DNA from: Isurus oxyrinchus
Taxonomy: Eukaryota
Reading direction: 5' to 3'
Assembly: GCA_026770705.1 (NCBI GenBank)
Contig: JANJGN010000140.1
Coordinates: 1-64,000, forward strand
DNA: 64,000 nt
The notes beneath the pieces were generated by a model. The model worked only from the letters and a program-made list of their open reading frames with translations. It was not told the origin of the DNA and did not search any database. The position numbers and the translations under genes are program-made. Below are positions 37,571 to 49,864 of the stretch, piece after piece; within the stretch, counting starts at the first letter, position 1; every line of letters starts with the position of its first letter.

Positions 37571-38249
37571 TGAGTGAGTGTTCCAGGTTTTATTCAGTGC
37601 TCTTTGGCTCTTTTACGCGTGGGAATCCTGACCTCAAGCCAACTGAGATCAAATATTGGCAGATTGGCTTTTCAAACAGTTTTATTGTTGTTGTTGCCCT
37701 TGTGCACATCAAAGGGAACCGGTCTGGGAAATCTTGAGCCATTTGTTTATGTCCACAGCTCTCTCTCCTCGGTAAGGGTCTCCAAGTTCATCCGGAATAT
37801 TGATATGTGAACAGAGGCAGAGAAAGCTTTTCGGAGGAACAGCAACTAAAGCCTAACATTACGAACCTCTCTTCCAGACCTCTAACTCAGACAAACTCGG
37901 GGAGATTCTGCGCCATTCGTTCCTGTAACAAAATACAGAATTTGACAAAGTCGGGGACTGGGTGTAACACATGAAATATGCAATGACTATTTGAACATAC
38001 ACTCGCCATATAACATCACCAGAAAGGAACGTGGGGTGTATCAGGTTTCGATTTTGACAGAAAATAACTGAATTTTAAAGGTTTTTTGATAGTTTTCTTC
38101 TGATGTTAAAGAATAAACATGAACTAGGGGCAGGCTTCACATATTGGGATGCCGAGGGGGAGTATAATATGTAAGAAAGCTCTCTGATACTGGCACAGGT
38201 TACAAACGGTCATATGAACAAACATAAGAGGTGCCTTTTTTGCCAGTCG

Positions 38250-38400
38250 CTTGAAAGTAAATGTCTCGGGGCTTCCCCGGATACTGGATGTACCAGAACA
38301 ATGTTGAATCAGTTTTCAATTAACTGTGCAGCTCAAAGTAAAGATCTGCCTTTCCTGAAGCATTACTAAAGACGGATTCTGGGGCACCCATTCAGCCCTG
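38250..38400 (-). pseudogene. Truncated TCR V pseudogene (FR1-FR2)
   Basis: VPQNPSLVMLQERQIFTLSCTVN*..STLFWYIQYPGKP on the minus strand; no 3' half/RSS seen. Confidence 0.65.
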
Positions 38401-38829
38401 TTTATCTTCAGAATGAGTGAATCGTCTGGGTATAAATATAACCCTTGAAACACATACATGCATTGATCATTTGAACATAGACTCTCTGAGCAACACGAAA
38501 AATAGTAAGAATAATATGAACAAGAAGAATGCGACAGAATAATGCAACCAAATCCTTCAGTAATTTAAGGCATTATTGAATTTCCAGGCAATTGCCATTT
38601 ACCTCACAGCGACACGAGAGGGCGCTGCATCATCGTTTTTGGATGTTGCCTGCAGCAGATCAGTCAAAAGACCACAGGGGCCTGGGGAATGAGGAAGGCC
38701 TTTCGTCCCATCTTATTTCGTCCGTCTAGAAATGCCCCGCACTCCGACAGTTTCCTCTGGTAAATACAAAACTAATTCCTCGGTTTTGAATTCTGTTACT
38801 CGGGAATGCTCAAGAGGGCAGAATGGGAA

Positions 38830-39640
38830 TAACACAGAGATCTTGGAGGATTGTGGAGCTCAAGGAGATGATAGAGATCGGGCGGGGCGCGGCCATGGGG
38901 AGAGAGATTTGAAATCAAGGATGAGAATTTTAAAATCAGTATGTTGCTCGGGTAGGAACTAATGTAGGTCAGGGAGCATAGGCTCTATTAACGAAACAGG
39001 ACATGTTGATAGTCAAGTCACTGACAGCCGATGTTTTAATGAGACCAAGTTTACCGAGAATGGAATGTTGGAGACCAGGCAGGAACATCTTGCAGTTGCT
39101 GAGTCGAGAGGTAACTAAGTTATAGTTGGGGGTTTCACCAGCAGATGGGCTGAGACGGGGCAAAGTGCGGCGCCTATATGGAGGTGGAAAAAGGCGGTCT
39201 CAGAAATGGCACAATGATGAAGTTGGAAACTCATCTCAGGATTAAATGTGACAGCAAAGTTGCAAATAAACTGGCTTAATATCAGAACGTTACCATGGAG
39301 AAGGATGGCGTCTTTAACTAGGAAATGGAGATTGAATCGGGGACTGAAAACAGTGGCTTCAGTCTTCCCAACATTTGTTTGGAGAAATTTCTGCTCGTCG
39401 GGACTGGAAGTTGGATAAGCATTGTGATAATTTACCAGCAGGGAAGAGGTCGACAGTGGTGGTGGTGGTGAGGTAGAGTTTCGTGTTGTCAGCATACATG
39501 TAAAAACTGAGGTTGTATTTTCAGATGACACCGCCAAGGGGCAGCATGTAGATTCGAAATAGAAGGACACCAAGCAGAGATCCTTGGGGGACAACAGATG
39601 AGCAGGAGAAAAAACCATTACAAGTGAATCTCTGGCAACT
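38830..39640 (-). mobile_element. L2-like LINE RT fragment
   Basis: FLQTNVGKTEATVFSP..VTFNPEMSF..ETAFFHL; LVTSRLSNC. Confidence 0.75.
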
Positions 39641-39799
39641 GTTTGAGTGATGATCCATCTCTTGATCTTAGATCTAAACTTACATTTTACTGGATTGAAT
39701 CTGTATCAACTTGCAATATATTTCAAGGGAAACTCTTGCCAGATGACGTGCTGTTTTAACTCCCTATGTTACTGATTTAATTCCCTTTCCTGGTATTCA

Positions 39800-40250
39800 T
39801 GCTTTCATTTTAATCACTGTCTTCCGCATTGTCTCTTCCTCTGTTTCTCCCGCTGACTCTTCATTCGTTTCTTTACATTTATCAGATTCTATGTGTTCCT
39901 CCCTTCCTGTATCTTCATCTAGTTCCCTCCTTGCTCTGTCGTTTCTCTCAATATCTCTCCCTCTTTTTAACTCGTTGTCTCTCCCACATTTTCAATCTTC
40001 CTTCATTTCTCTTTTATTCTTTCTCTGTCTCTGCCTCGGCCGATCTCCCTGTACTTCCGCCCCTTTACTCTGCTGCATGTCCCTCTATACTTGTTGTTCT
40101 CTCTGTTTTTCTCAATTTCTCTCCTTCATTTCCTCCTCTTATCTCTGTTTCCCTTTCTGCCTCTCCCTCAGTCTTTCTCCTAGTATCTCTTTCTGTGTTG
40201 CTGTCTCCATCTCTCCATCAGTCATTTCCCCTATGTCGCTCCCTGTTTCG
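39800..40250. repeat. CT-rich low-complexity tract
   Basis: Polypyrimidine sequence. Confidence 0.85.
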
Positions 40251-40254
40251 TGAG

Positions 40255-40610
40255 CAATGGATCTCTCAAAGTGCTTTACAGCCACTGAAGCAGTTTTGAA
40301 CTGTAGCTGCTGTTGCCGTATAAGAAACTTTGTAGCCAGAATGCGCACAGCAAGATTCCACCAGCAGTAATGTGATAATGACCAGCTAATTTCTAATTAT
40401 GGTGTTGAGTGAGGAATAAACATTGTCCAGGACATTGGGGATAATTTCCCTTCTTCAGAATGCTGCCAGGAGTTCAATTATATCCACCAGAATTGACAGC
40501 TGGGACCTCTATTTGAAGCTTTGCCCGAAAGATGGCATCTGAGATAGTGAAGGAATCTCTCAGTCATATACAGGATTTGCAGCCTTGACTTTGTATTCAA
40601 GTCCTGCAGT
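40255..40610 (-). mobile_element. Deu-domain SINE copy
   Basis: Similar to 9238-9560 (AAAGTGCTTTACAGCCA..GCACAGCAAGATTCCAC..GTGATAATGACCAG). Confidence 0.65.
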
Positions 40611-41362
40611 GACCATGGCTTCCTTTAAAAACAAGTATTAACCCGTTTGGTGCGTCGGTGGCTTGTGTTGCGTTGAAAATATTTCCATTGCATATCATTG
40701 CCGGGAGATTAAACTGGATTGGGTGACCGTTCATCCTGTGCCTTTGTAGCCACTGCAATCTGTGCCACATGGGTGCAGGGCTCTACCACAACAACAAGCC
40801 CCAAAACCACAGTGTAAAAGTTAAAACAGTCTGCACCCAAGGCCATATGCTGCTTTACTCGATTCATTGCTTCAATTTGAATACAGGAACATACCAGTTA
40901 GCAGAACTGATAAGCCCATTCCCCGTCAGAAAATATATGCCCCTAATTTGTGTCTCCATTGGGTTTCGAACCAAATCGGTGCTGGTGAAAGGCCATTGTC
41001 TGTGCCGTTGACCTAATCGGTTCCCATGAAAGGTCACTATTGCACTCAGTCTAGGGTGAATTTCACTCCAGGCCCAATATTGTCAAAGGACAAGCGTCTG
41101 ACTCACCATGTCAAAATGTTCTGCTTGTTCTCAGAGGGCACCGTTGTTTGGTGTCAAGTAATGAGAAACAAGGCCCCCAGAGGGCGTGTCAGGGAAAATC
41201 TCATCGTTGAATGGTTCCCCTTCCCTCGGTGAGTATATAAGAGGCACTTGCCTTCAAACCAAGCAGGAAATAACATAATCGATTGCATATCAGAATCATT
41301 CCAAACTAAATCGATTTTCCTGTAATATTCCAATTCCCCCGCCCAAAATCCAGGAAAACACA

Positions 41363-41766
41363 ATGAGTGAAATAGTGACTTTCAATTTATTGATTTTAGG
41401 TGAGTGTTTTGTGCTGAAAATCGGTGTTACAACTTTTTTTTGCTATTTCTTTGTTTCTCTTTTCACTGTCCTTCATTCTCAACAGTGATCGGCGGAGAGG
41501 CTGCGATTCACCAACCACAGCAGATGTTTGCTCAAGAGGGACAATTGATTGAAATCCGGTGCAATGCAACGACAAGAGGTACGGAGAGCACCCACTGGTA
41601 CAGACAACTGGAAGGCCGTGGCCCGAAATTTATTCTATCTGCTATCAGCAGCAACTCCAGTGACGGGCGGTTCACTCTCTTTATTGACCCAACAAGAAGT
41701 TATAACATTCTCGGTATTGGCAGAACCGTGGTGTCAGACGCTGGAGTGTATCACTGTGCAACGAAG
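41363..41766 (+). CDS. TCR alpha/delta V, apparently functional (leader 41363-41399, V exon 41486-41766)
   Basis: MSEIVTFNLLIL|gtgagt; AAIHQPQQMFAQEGQLIEIRCN..THWYRQLEGRGPKFI..SDAGVYHCATK; RSS CACTGTG-23-ACAATATCT 41767-41805; TATATAA ~41235. Confidence 0.9.
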
Positions 41767-42389
41767 CACTGTGAGACAAAGACTGAGTGCTTCAATACAA
41801 TATCTACTGCAGGCTCCTATCAGACAATCTCAACGCGTCTACCTGCTCTCCGAAATGTTTTGACTCACATATTGTTGCACATCTATCCTCAACAGGTTGT
41901 TCAGACTGTCCTGAATATACATACTCTTTTATGGCATGTGGTTGTACATCTCAATTCATCCTAGAACAAAGCAGTTATTCAGGCTGAGCTGAGTATTTTT
42001 ATTCCTCTGCGCGGTAGAGTTAAACATGCTCCACCTATTCTGTCGGAAATAATTTTTACTGTATTCGAACTTACGGCGCCATAAAAATCCCTTTCAATGG
42101 TCACCATCCCAAAGAGATTCTGTTCCCCTCACTACCCTCCACAAGTATAAGAGGCACGTGCTGATCTTTAGACAACTAACCGCGGGTGAAGGAAGCAGAC
42201 AATCAACAATATTACGTCGTGAGTGAAGAATGCCCATTTCCAACCAATCCAAAAGCAGAAAGCCCACCTGACTGAAAATTTAACAGGGTGGCTCTGATAT
42301 TAATTAGACTATTCAATGTGTTTCCCTCAGTTCTTGTTCTCCTGATGTGAGTTGTGTGTCGTTTTCCTATTGCTATCTGAACTGCAGGG

Positions 42390-42835
42390 ATGCAGTGACT
42401 GTACCACTCGTCATTCTGGTGCTGCTAACTTGTAGATACGAGATCTGTACTCAATAACTCGCAGTGTTTATTTTCTGCAATCACCTTGCTCCCGTGTCTC
42501 ATTGTTTGGATGTTTGTACAGGTCGATGTCTCTCGACCGAGTGCTGCAGTCTCCTGCTTCGAGAATAGTCCTCAGGGGGGATTCGGTGCAGATAAACTGC
42601 AACTATGATGTGTCCAATATTTGCGCTCCTGCATTGGTACAAGTGGAACTCCGGCCTCAGACTGGACTGGTAATAAAGCAAGCATTCGCTGGCAGGGAGA
42701 AAAGCGGCGATGTGAATTGGGCCTTTCCACTGTGGAGAAACAGGGTGATTGAGAGCATGGAGAGCGCGGATACCTCTCTGTATTACTGTGCGTTAGATCC
42801 CCACACTGAAAGGCGGCAGTCACTTATAAAAAACT
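42390..42835 (+). pseudogene. TCR V pseudogene (paralogue of 46.0k V)
   Basis: GDSVQINCNYDVS..frameshifted FR2..ESADTSLYYCALDP; CACACTG 42802 with shortened (~17 nt) spacer; defective leader. Confidence 0.85.
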
Positions 42836-44389
42836 GCTCCTGTTTGCAGTTTCGGAACAGCTGCAGCAACGTCTCCAATAGCATAGGGCAGGCAAGATAG
42901 TACAGAACGGGAGCAACAAAGAGAGGCAGTGAGGGGGCCTGCCATGGGTAATGATAGCTCAAAGTGTGTATCTAACTCCCAGTTGAGTACTGTTTTGATC
43001 AAGAATCTTGGTCACATCATAAAGTATCGGACTGAGAAGGCAGTCACTCAGTGAGTGCAGTCTTTAGTGTGAGGAAAGCTTTCCCATTACATTAATGTGG
43101 GGTTATATTGAACGGTGACTTTAATGGGTGTTGGTCTATTTCAAGGCGATGTTTGGAAGCTCATTGAAAGCGTCAACATAATCCTATTGGAATATTTGCA
43201 TTTACACAAAAGTATTTACAGTGCGCTACAGTTACCCTCTGCACCTTAAACAAAGAAAAAAAAACTGTCTGAAAGAATGACATTGTGATAACGCTAGAAC
43301 AACTTTTGAGTTTTGCCCAGAGAGGCGAAAGGGAACATTCCCCTTGTTTATCGCAGCGTATGGTTAATGAAACTCCACTCTGTGTTAATCATCTCAGTCT
43401 GTTGAGTTATAGTGATTGAAACGTTTCTAGAGACACATGTCAGCCAGACCAGATAAGGACGCCATATTTCCTTTCCTCAAGGGCTTTAATGAAACAGGTA
43501 GGTTTTTACAACAATCGGTGATAGTGGTCGTGGTCAGCATTACTGATTTATAACCCAGAGTTACTCTTTGAACGCGTGTCCCCAGAGCATTTCCCTGGGC
43601 CCCTGGATTTCCAGTCCAGTGATACCAATTTGCCACCATCTCTCCCGAACATGGGTCACCTACGTTCAATGCTACATTTTGTCAGCTTTGATATCATCTC
43701 TTACCAGTAACATTCAAATGGGTAGGTAATTCCTCGGAGGGGGATTACACCCCCTTCTCCAAATATCTGTGAAATTAGAGCCGGATGCCCATGTTCATTT
43801 TTTGTACAGGGCTCCAGTCTGTCATTGTGTTTTCCTCTCATATTCCCCTGTTTCAAGTGATTCCTTTCTCAGCCTCAGTGAAAATTAATCCCGGGTGACG
43901 GAACTCCTTCTTTCAGAGGGAGCAATGACCGAGGCTCCGAGAGGCCGCTGCCCCCCTGCCTGACACTCATCAGCTTGATCACCTCTATAAAAGATTTTCA
44001 CTGCCCTACACACTATATATTCATTGTCAAAAGTGTACAGATATCTTAGAATTCCCACCCCAACAGCCAAGGTTCATGACATCCCGGAAAAAGATAATGC
44101 CTTTTTAGTGCCCAGATTGAAATACTGGTAATTATGTTCAGGTCCTGAATTTGAGGTGGAATCCACAATCTACTGATTCTGAAATCAGAGTCAAGTTGCT
44201 TCAGCTATTAAACTGCTGAAAGGTTTAAGATAGTCCATTATGACTACAATTGTGCCATAGCATTCGTTAACGCAGTTGCCGTTAATCTTTCCTTTGCTAA
44301 TTTCACGAATAAAAACGTCAAGAGCATAATTATAGAACGTTTGATTAATAAAAAATCAATTCAAATAATTATGAAATGTCACAGCAAAG

Positions 44390-44900
44390 ATGGAAAATAT
44401 TCTTCTCACCAGAACCTTGTCCTCACTCTGAATAAAACTACCCAATTAGCTCCCCTCTCCACTTTCTCCAAAGGCCCACACATCTTTCACTTTCATGTAT
44501 AAGTACAATTTCCTTTTGAAAGTGAAGCTGATTATGCTTCCTTCTCCAGACCGGGAAAGGTACTTCAGCTCATTACAACTCGCTGCATAAAAAAATCTAA
44601 TTTACCTCTTTAGTATTTACGAATTGTCTGAACTCCGAGTGCTCTACCTATTATTCCTTCTGCCAGAGATATCAATATCTCACTAACAACTCTGTTAAAA
44701 GCCTTCATAAATTTAAACACGTCCATTACATCATTCTTTCCCATTCTCTACTCTAGGCAAACCAGTCGCAGTTTCTCTAATCTCTTAACATAACCGAGGC
44801 CCCTCATCCATGGTATAATTCTCGTAAACCTATTCTCGACCCACTCCAAGGCTAGGACATGCTTCTGAAAGTGTGGATTCAAATAAACTCAATCATTCTT
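44390..44900 (-). mobile_element. Decayed CR1-like LINE 3' fragment
   Basis: Similarity to the other CR1 copies in the window (e.g. 6633-7200). Confidence 0.55.
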
Positions 44901-45990
44901 CTCCTTCAGATAATTTCGAATGATAAATGTTCTCTTAGAATTAAGCTGAGCAGTAATCTATGTAATACCAATATTGGTAACAATGTGATGTTGCTTTCTC
45001 CAAAGTGCTCAACAAAATTGGTTTCTCTATCATTCAGGTGTCAGTAGATCACTGTCGCCACCTGCTGACGAACAGCTTCTTCTATAGGCCCCGGAGTTTC
45101 TCGGAAATGGTTCAGAATTCTTTCCGCAACCACGTCCTCTTATTGATTGAAGTTCATGCACAGGAGTTTCTTAGAGCAAATCACGAGGGGCAAGAGATCA
45201 AGAGGAATTATATGCAGACGGACCAAAATCGTTATCATAAATTATGAGAAATATTCCAAAGGAAAGTGAGCAGAAATGGAAAATGATAAACTGACACAGT
45301 CCTGAATTTGGTTTCTTTTCCCGCATCACATCCTTGGCTCATTTGTGTTAAAGCTGCGAGGGCAGACTTTCATGCCCAGCTTTCGTTCACTCCCTGTTAT
45401 CTATAGCCCACCCTATCCCTCGCCCTAGGGGGGTTTGAACCAGCTCCACGGTCAAAGCTCCCAGGAACTGTGCGCAGCTGTATGATGAATTACCGAAAAG
45501 CGCCAATGCGGTTCTCCTTCAATTCTGTCCCGACACAAATTCAAAAATCTTACAGTTATGGGAATTTGAATATACAATTCCAGCACGAGAACTGATATGA
45601 TAGGATTTCATTCCTTAAGACAATCTTTGTCCAGAGTTTCAAATGTTTGCAAAAGTCCGGGAGCCACGTTTGTCCCTTTGGAGAATCAGTGCCGCAGAGT
45701 TATTGCGTTCCGCTCACTTCCCGCCACAAGGAGTAAAGGAAATTCCTGGCGTTTCGACAATTGACATGATGCGATGGGCACCGATGGCGAAAGGAGCAGG
45801 GGATCAAAAACAACATCCTTACGTCACGATAACAAAGTCTATTTCCCACCTACCCAAGAGCAGCAAAACCACGTGACTGGAACATTATCTCTGGCTGTTA
45901 CATTAACTGGCTATTGACCCCGTTCAGGCGCTCTGTTCTCTGCTGATGTGAGCTCTGCTTCCTTTTCTTACTGATACTTGAATTGCAAGG

Positions 45991-46425
45991 ATGCATTACC
46001 CGGTACAAATGAATCTACTCCCTGTCATTTTATTGCTGCTAACTTGTAAGTATAGGGGATATGTCTGTAACCTGTAGAGAGTGTCTATTTATACTCACGT
46101 TGCTCCAATGTCTCATTGTCTGAATGTTTTTACAGGTCGATGTCGGTCGGAACAAATTTCCCAGTTTCCCACTGCGAGAACAGTCCAGAGCGGGGATTCG
46201 ATGCAAATAAACTGCAGCTATGACATGTCCAGCACTTACAGAATGCACTGGTACAAACAGAAACCCGGTCAGGGACTGGAGTGGATAATGAAGCGAATAT
46301 CGGATGGCGAAGAGAGAAAAGACCGATTCGATTTGGAACTTTCCACTGCAGACAAACGGGGCCAGTTGGTTATTGAGAAGACGGAGAGCGCGGATACTGC
46401 TGTGTATTACTGTGCCTTAGAGCCC
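45991..46425 (+). CDS. TCR alpha/delta-locus V, apparently functional, VH-like FR2 (leader 45991-46045, V exon 46136-46425)
   Basis: MHYPVQMNLLPVILLLLT|gtaagt; EQISQFPTARTVQSGDSMQINCSYDMSSTYRMHWYKQKPGQGLEWIM...ESADTAVYYCALEP; RSS CACACCG-23-ACAAAAACC 46426-46464. Confidence 0.92.
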
Positions 46426-46849
46426 CACACCGAGAGGAGAGGCGGAAGTTACTGAACAAAAACCTCCCTCCTGTTTACAGCCCCGGAACAGCTGCAGCGA
46501 TCTCTCCAATCACAGGCAAGGCGGGTCGGAACGAGAGAAGCAAAAGGGAGGCTTTGAGCAGGGCTGCGGTGGGCTTCATAATATCCTTCATAGCGGCTTT
46601 GATGAGAGATTGTGACAGTCACAGCATAAAGGATCCGATAGCAGAAACAGTCACTCACTGTACGCGGTCTTCGTTGTGAGAAAATCTTCAGCATTGCTTA
46701 ATTGTAGGATTATAATCAGTTGAGTCGATTCGGACATTTTACTGAATATGTGTGCATGTGATTCTGCTGTGTGACGGCTGAACCGAAATTTTAACAGTGA
46801 TAATTTTTGACTCTGTCGCTCTTCAGTTTGGGAAATTATCTGTCAGGTC

Positions 46850-47115
46850 ATACAAGCATAAGAACAAATAGGAGGAGTAGGCCATTCAGCCCCTCAAGCC
46901 TGCTCCGCCATTTAATAAGATCATGGATGATCTGATTTTAACCTGAAATCTGCGCCCCATCTACCCTGATAAACTATCACCCCCTCCCTTACGAAGAATA
47001 TATCCATATCTGTCTTAACATATTCAAGGTCTCTGCCTCCACCGCCTTTTCAGGAAGAGAGTTCCAAAGACTCACGATCCTCTGAGTGAAAAAAAAATCC
47101 CCCTCATCTCTGTTT
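46850..47115 (-). mobile_element. CR1-type 3' end fragment
   Basis: CATAAGAA..AGGAGTAGGCCATTCAGCCCCTCAAGCCTGCTCCGCCATT tail. Confidence 0.65.
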
Positions 47116-48327
47116 CAGATCAGGTCCCTGGTTCACTGTACTGCTGATCTATCCAATGGCAAGAACAGACCAACGGAAGCAATACCCCAACAGCAAAATC
47201 GGTTCAGAGGACAGGTACAAACGGAAGCTGTGGCCGGGGATGCCGCAGATTGAAAACTGAAAAAAGTGCGCCTCGGTGATCAGCTGCAGCCGGAACTGAT
47301 GGAGCGGAAATAGCGACGGTTGAATTTCCAGGAGACTGTGAGCATCCTGCACCTATTCACACATCAGGTGACTGAGAACAAATAATGCGGGAGGGGCAGG
47401 TGGGGGCCAGAATCAGAGGAAGATACAGGGCAGAATAAAGACTCCGCTTATCGTATCTGCGTCTATTCGAAAGAGCCATACCAATCGTCTTTCGCAAGCC
47501 ACATTTTCTACGTTCTTTTCCTTTTTCTACTAATAAACAACTCCATATTGAAATTTACATTTGGATCCTCTTCCCGCATCATTTCAGGCACCGTATTCCA
47601 GACGGTAAAACACACAATGTAATAAATAAAACAGATCTTTCTCTCAGTTTTTTCATGAAATCGAAATGATTTGGTTATTCAATCTTCTGATAATGGGAAC
47701 AATTGCGATCTAATATGTCAAAAGGGCATAATTTTTAGCACATCAATTGAGTCTCTCTTCTACCTTCTTTGCTACGAGGACAAGAAACCAAATTTCCGTA
47801 TCCTGTTCGCATAAACTTTCTTCGTCTCTGGTACCATTCTGATGTGCAGCGTCCGCACTTGCTCCAAAATCTAGACATTCCTTCTACTTAGTCACACCCA
47901 TGATTTGGGCAGAGAACTCCAGCAACGATTTCTCCAGATTTAACATCACGTTCCCACATAAACATCAGCAGCAAAAAAGACTTTGTCTGAACAGCTCCAA
48001 TTTACAGCTCCAATTTAGAGTTTTGGGATCATTCGTGCCTTGATGTGCATTTCAATAAACCTTGGGTCCAATCAGCGGCCGCACCCGAACACGGATTGAG
48101 ACGAATTCACCAGTGGACGGCGCCAAATTCAAGCATGGGCGTCACCAAGCCACGTGGTAGAAACGAAAAAGCCAATAGGGATGATTTCCTGAGTGATGTC
48201 ACAATGAGCCTGGCCACCTGCAGTGTGTGTGGGTGGAACAATGAGCTGAACAGACTCCGGGTTCCGTCCCTCCTTCTCAATCTCTGGCTTATTCCATTCA
48301 CATTCATCGGGAGGGATTCATTCGGAC

Positions 48328-48855
48328 ATGTTTCTGATAATACTGGCGGCACTGTTGGACAGTAAATACTGGATTAAGTTAATCAAGGCAGATTAGTAGA
48401 TTAATGTACAGCGATTGCGGTAGTATTTAAAACAATTAACGATTAGAAATATCCACATGATGGACAGCTGGGTAGATAGTAAGTTCCACAAAGTCACGGA
48501 GCTACAAACACTTTAGATCAACACTGTTTAACCGCTTGATATTTCATTCCTCTGCCTCACAGACGGATTCTGCGCTGATCCAGTAACTCAGTCCCCAGGC
48601 GCAATAACGGTGTCAGAAGGGCTTTCGGTGCAGTTAGACTGTGAATATACAGATCGGAATATGTACAACATGCAATGGTATCGGCAGCAGACGGCACAGC
48701 CACCAAGTTGGATTATTACCAATGCCTTAGCACAGAAGAAAAATGAAATATCAGGACGATATCTGGCGGCTGCTGACAAGTCTCAAAAGAACGGTTACCT
48801 CAATATAAGCGAATTGAGTCTGGAGGACGGGGCAGTGTATTACTGTGCAATGAGG
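48328..48855 (+). CDS. TCR alpha/delta V, apparently functional (leader 48328-48361, V exon 48563-48855)
   Basis: MFLIILAALLD|gtaaat; DPVTQSPGAITVSEGLSVQLDCEY..MQWYRQQ..EDGAVYYCAMR; RSS CACAGCG-23-ACAAAAACC 48856-48894; CCAAT ~48172 and TGATGTCA ~48194 upstream. Confidence 0.93.
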
Positions 48856-49089
48856 CACAGCGTTTGATCGCAGCTAGAAGCCCGTACAAAAACCTCAGCG
48901 GTTTTTGCTCCCGGGTTCCAGAGAAGGAAAACAGACACGTCTATTTACCGCAGGTTTATTGCCCTGTTTGTCCTTGTCCAAATCCACAGAGAAGCAGTTT
49001 TGGGAAATATGTAAACTTATCTCCATGCCACCATTTATAGTGGAAATAGTTCCGAACTTATCCTGAATGTGGGTTTTCCAACAGAGGTA

Positions 49090-49510
49090 ATGATGGGTGG
49101 ATTGATCATCTTATTCTACTTATTTAGACAAGCACTTTATTTAATTTACATTGTATATATCATTATGTTAACTTTATTCTTGCTTTGGAAGCTGTTCCTT
49201 TTCGCTGGGAAAAAATTCAGAAATTGGTTTCTCGAGAACGCAAGAACAACGATTTTGCGTCAACATAACTCTACTTTCTCTGCACATGAACTTATATTCT
49301 TGAACCGGCAACTCTCCAGTAGAGCTCCCGAGTATTTCTTGCTCATATTCAGTGATGAAAGAGTTGACGGAAGATTTGAAGTATCTGCGGACCGTGGGAG
49401 AGGCTCTACTACTCTCACTGTTCACTCAGTTCAGTTCTCCGATGCTGCCGTTTAGTACAGTTCGGTGAAGCAGGGGGAGGCAAAGAGTTGAGGAAACTGT
49501 ACCAGAACTA
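49090..49510 (+). pseudogene. Decayed TCR V pseudogene
   Basis: RQLSSRAPEYFL..DGRFEVSADRGRGSTTLTVHSVQFSDAAV* ; Cys residues and RSS lost. Confidence 0.75.
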
Positions 49511-49864
49511 CTCGACATGGGGACTGGGGACACAGTCAGGACATGGGCTTTAAAAACGAGATCGATACAATTCAATTCTGCAAAGAAAAAGCAGCTCATC
49601 ATCCGAGTGATTTAATGGAATGAAAATATTTTTATTTGTAATAACATAACATACAGATTATCTCTTTGTACAAAATAAATCTCACATGGAAAGGATCTTT
49701 CCTCTTGTAGGCGAATCTAGAACTTGCGGTCACTTAAAATAATGGGTCGCCCATTTAAGACAGAGATGAGAAGATTTTTATCTGTCAAAAAAGTAGTGAG
49801 TCTTTGGAACTCCCTTCCTCAAAGGGCAGGGGTAGCAGTGGCTTTGATTGCTTTCAAGGCAGAG

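Noticed and set aside
39829-40299. 156-aa hydrophobic ORF
   Set aside because: CT-rich low-complexity artefact
43797-43829. Orphan minus-strand RSS (TTTTTTTGT...CATTGTG)
   Set aside because: 17-nt spacer and no V sequence adjacent
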